This document shows, in pieces, positions 63,986-64,000 of a DNA stretch of 64,000 nucleotides (its first letter is position 1; each line of letters starts with the position of its first letter). The stretch is from positions 42,720,001-42,784,000 of the forward strand of contig NW_024704742.1 of assembly GCF_018977255.1 (NCBI RefSeq), read 5' to 3'. The notes below the pieces were generated by a model that saw only the letters and a list, made by a program, of their open reading frames with translations, searched no databases and was not told where the DNA came from. The position numbers and the translations under genes were made by a program. This DNA is from Callorhinchus milii (lineage: Eukaryota).

Positions 63986-64000
63986 TATTGGACACAAGTA

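Noticed and set aside
1..64000. CRISPR arrays, operons, rRNA and other short ORFs in the track
   Set aside because: The sequence is eukaryotic; I saw no regularly spaced repeat-spacer array or rRNA similarity, and the remaining ORFs map to LINE/SINE remnants or random frames.

Overview
This is AT-rich, repeat-dense vertebrate genomic DNA, intronic or intergenic, with no intact protein-coding gene. The repeat inventory points to a cartilaginous fish, most likely a holocephalan such as Callorhinchus milii (inference). That inventory is a tRNA-Ala-headed Deu-type SINE with (TAT)n tails, an older SacSINE1-like SINE, L2 LINEs with (GTT)n tails, CR1 LINEs and shark-type Penelope ends. Almost all ORFs in the track are LINE remnants or noise. 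Highlights: (1) several short SINE/L2 3' tails are fused at their 5' junction to unrelated captured sequence: a 172-bp open frame resembling a divergent DMRT-family DMA (CUE-like) domain, a ~1.1-kb Gypsy-type gag zinc-knuckle plus coiled-coil fragment, a CpG-rich exon-like piece, and an inverted copy of nearby DNA; (2) an unclassified poly(A)-tailed structured retroposon with about 8 copies; (3) a 534-bp TIR element with a perfect 8-bp TSD and a CpG-rich interior; (4) Penelope ends with decayed hammerhead cores; (5) one well-formed 48-nt candidate exon on the minus strand; (6) SINE subfamilies whose 3' stem-loop matches that of the young L2. Family names come from remembered consensus features, not database searches, and boundaries of old repeats are approximate.
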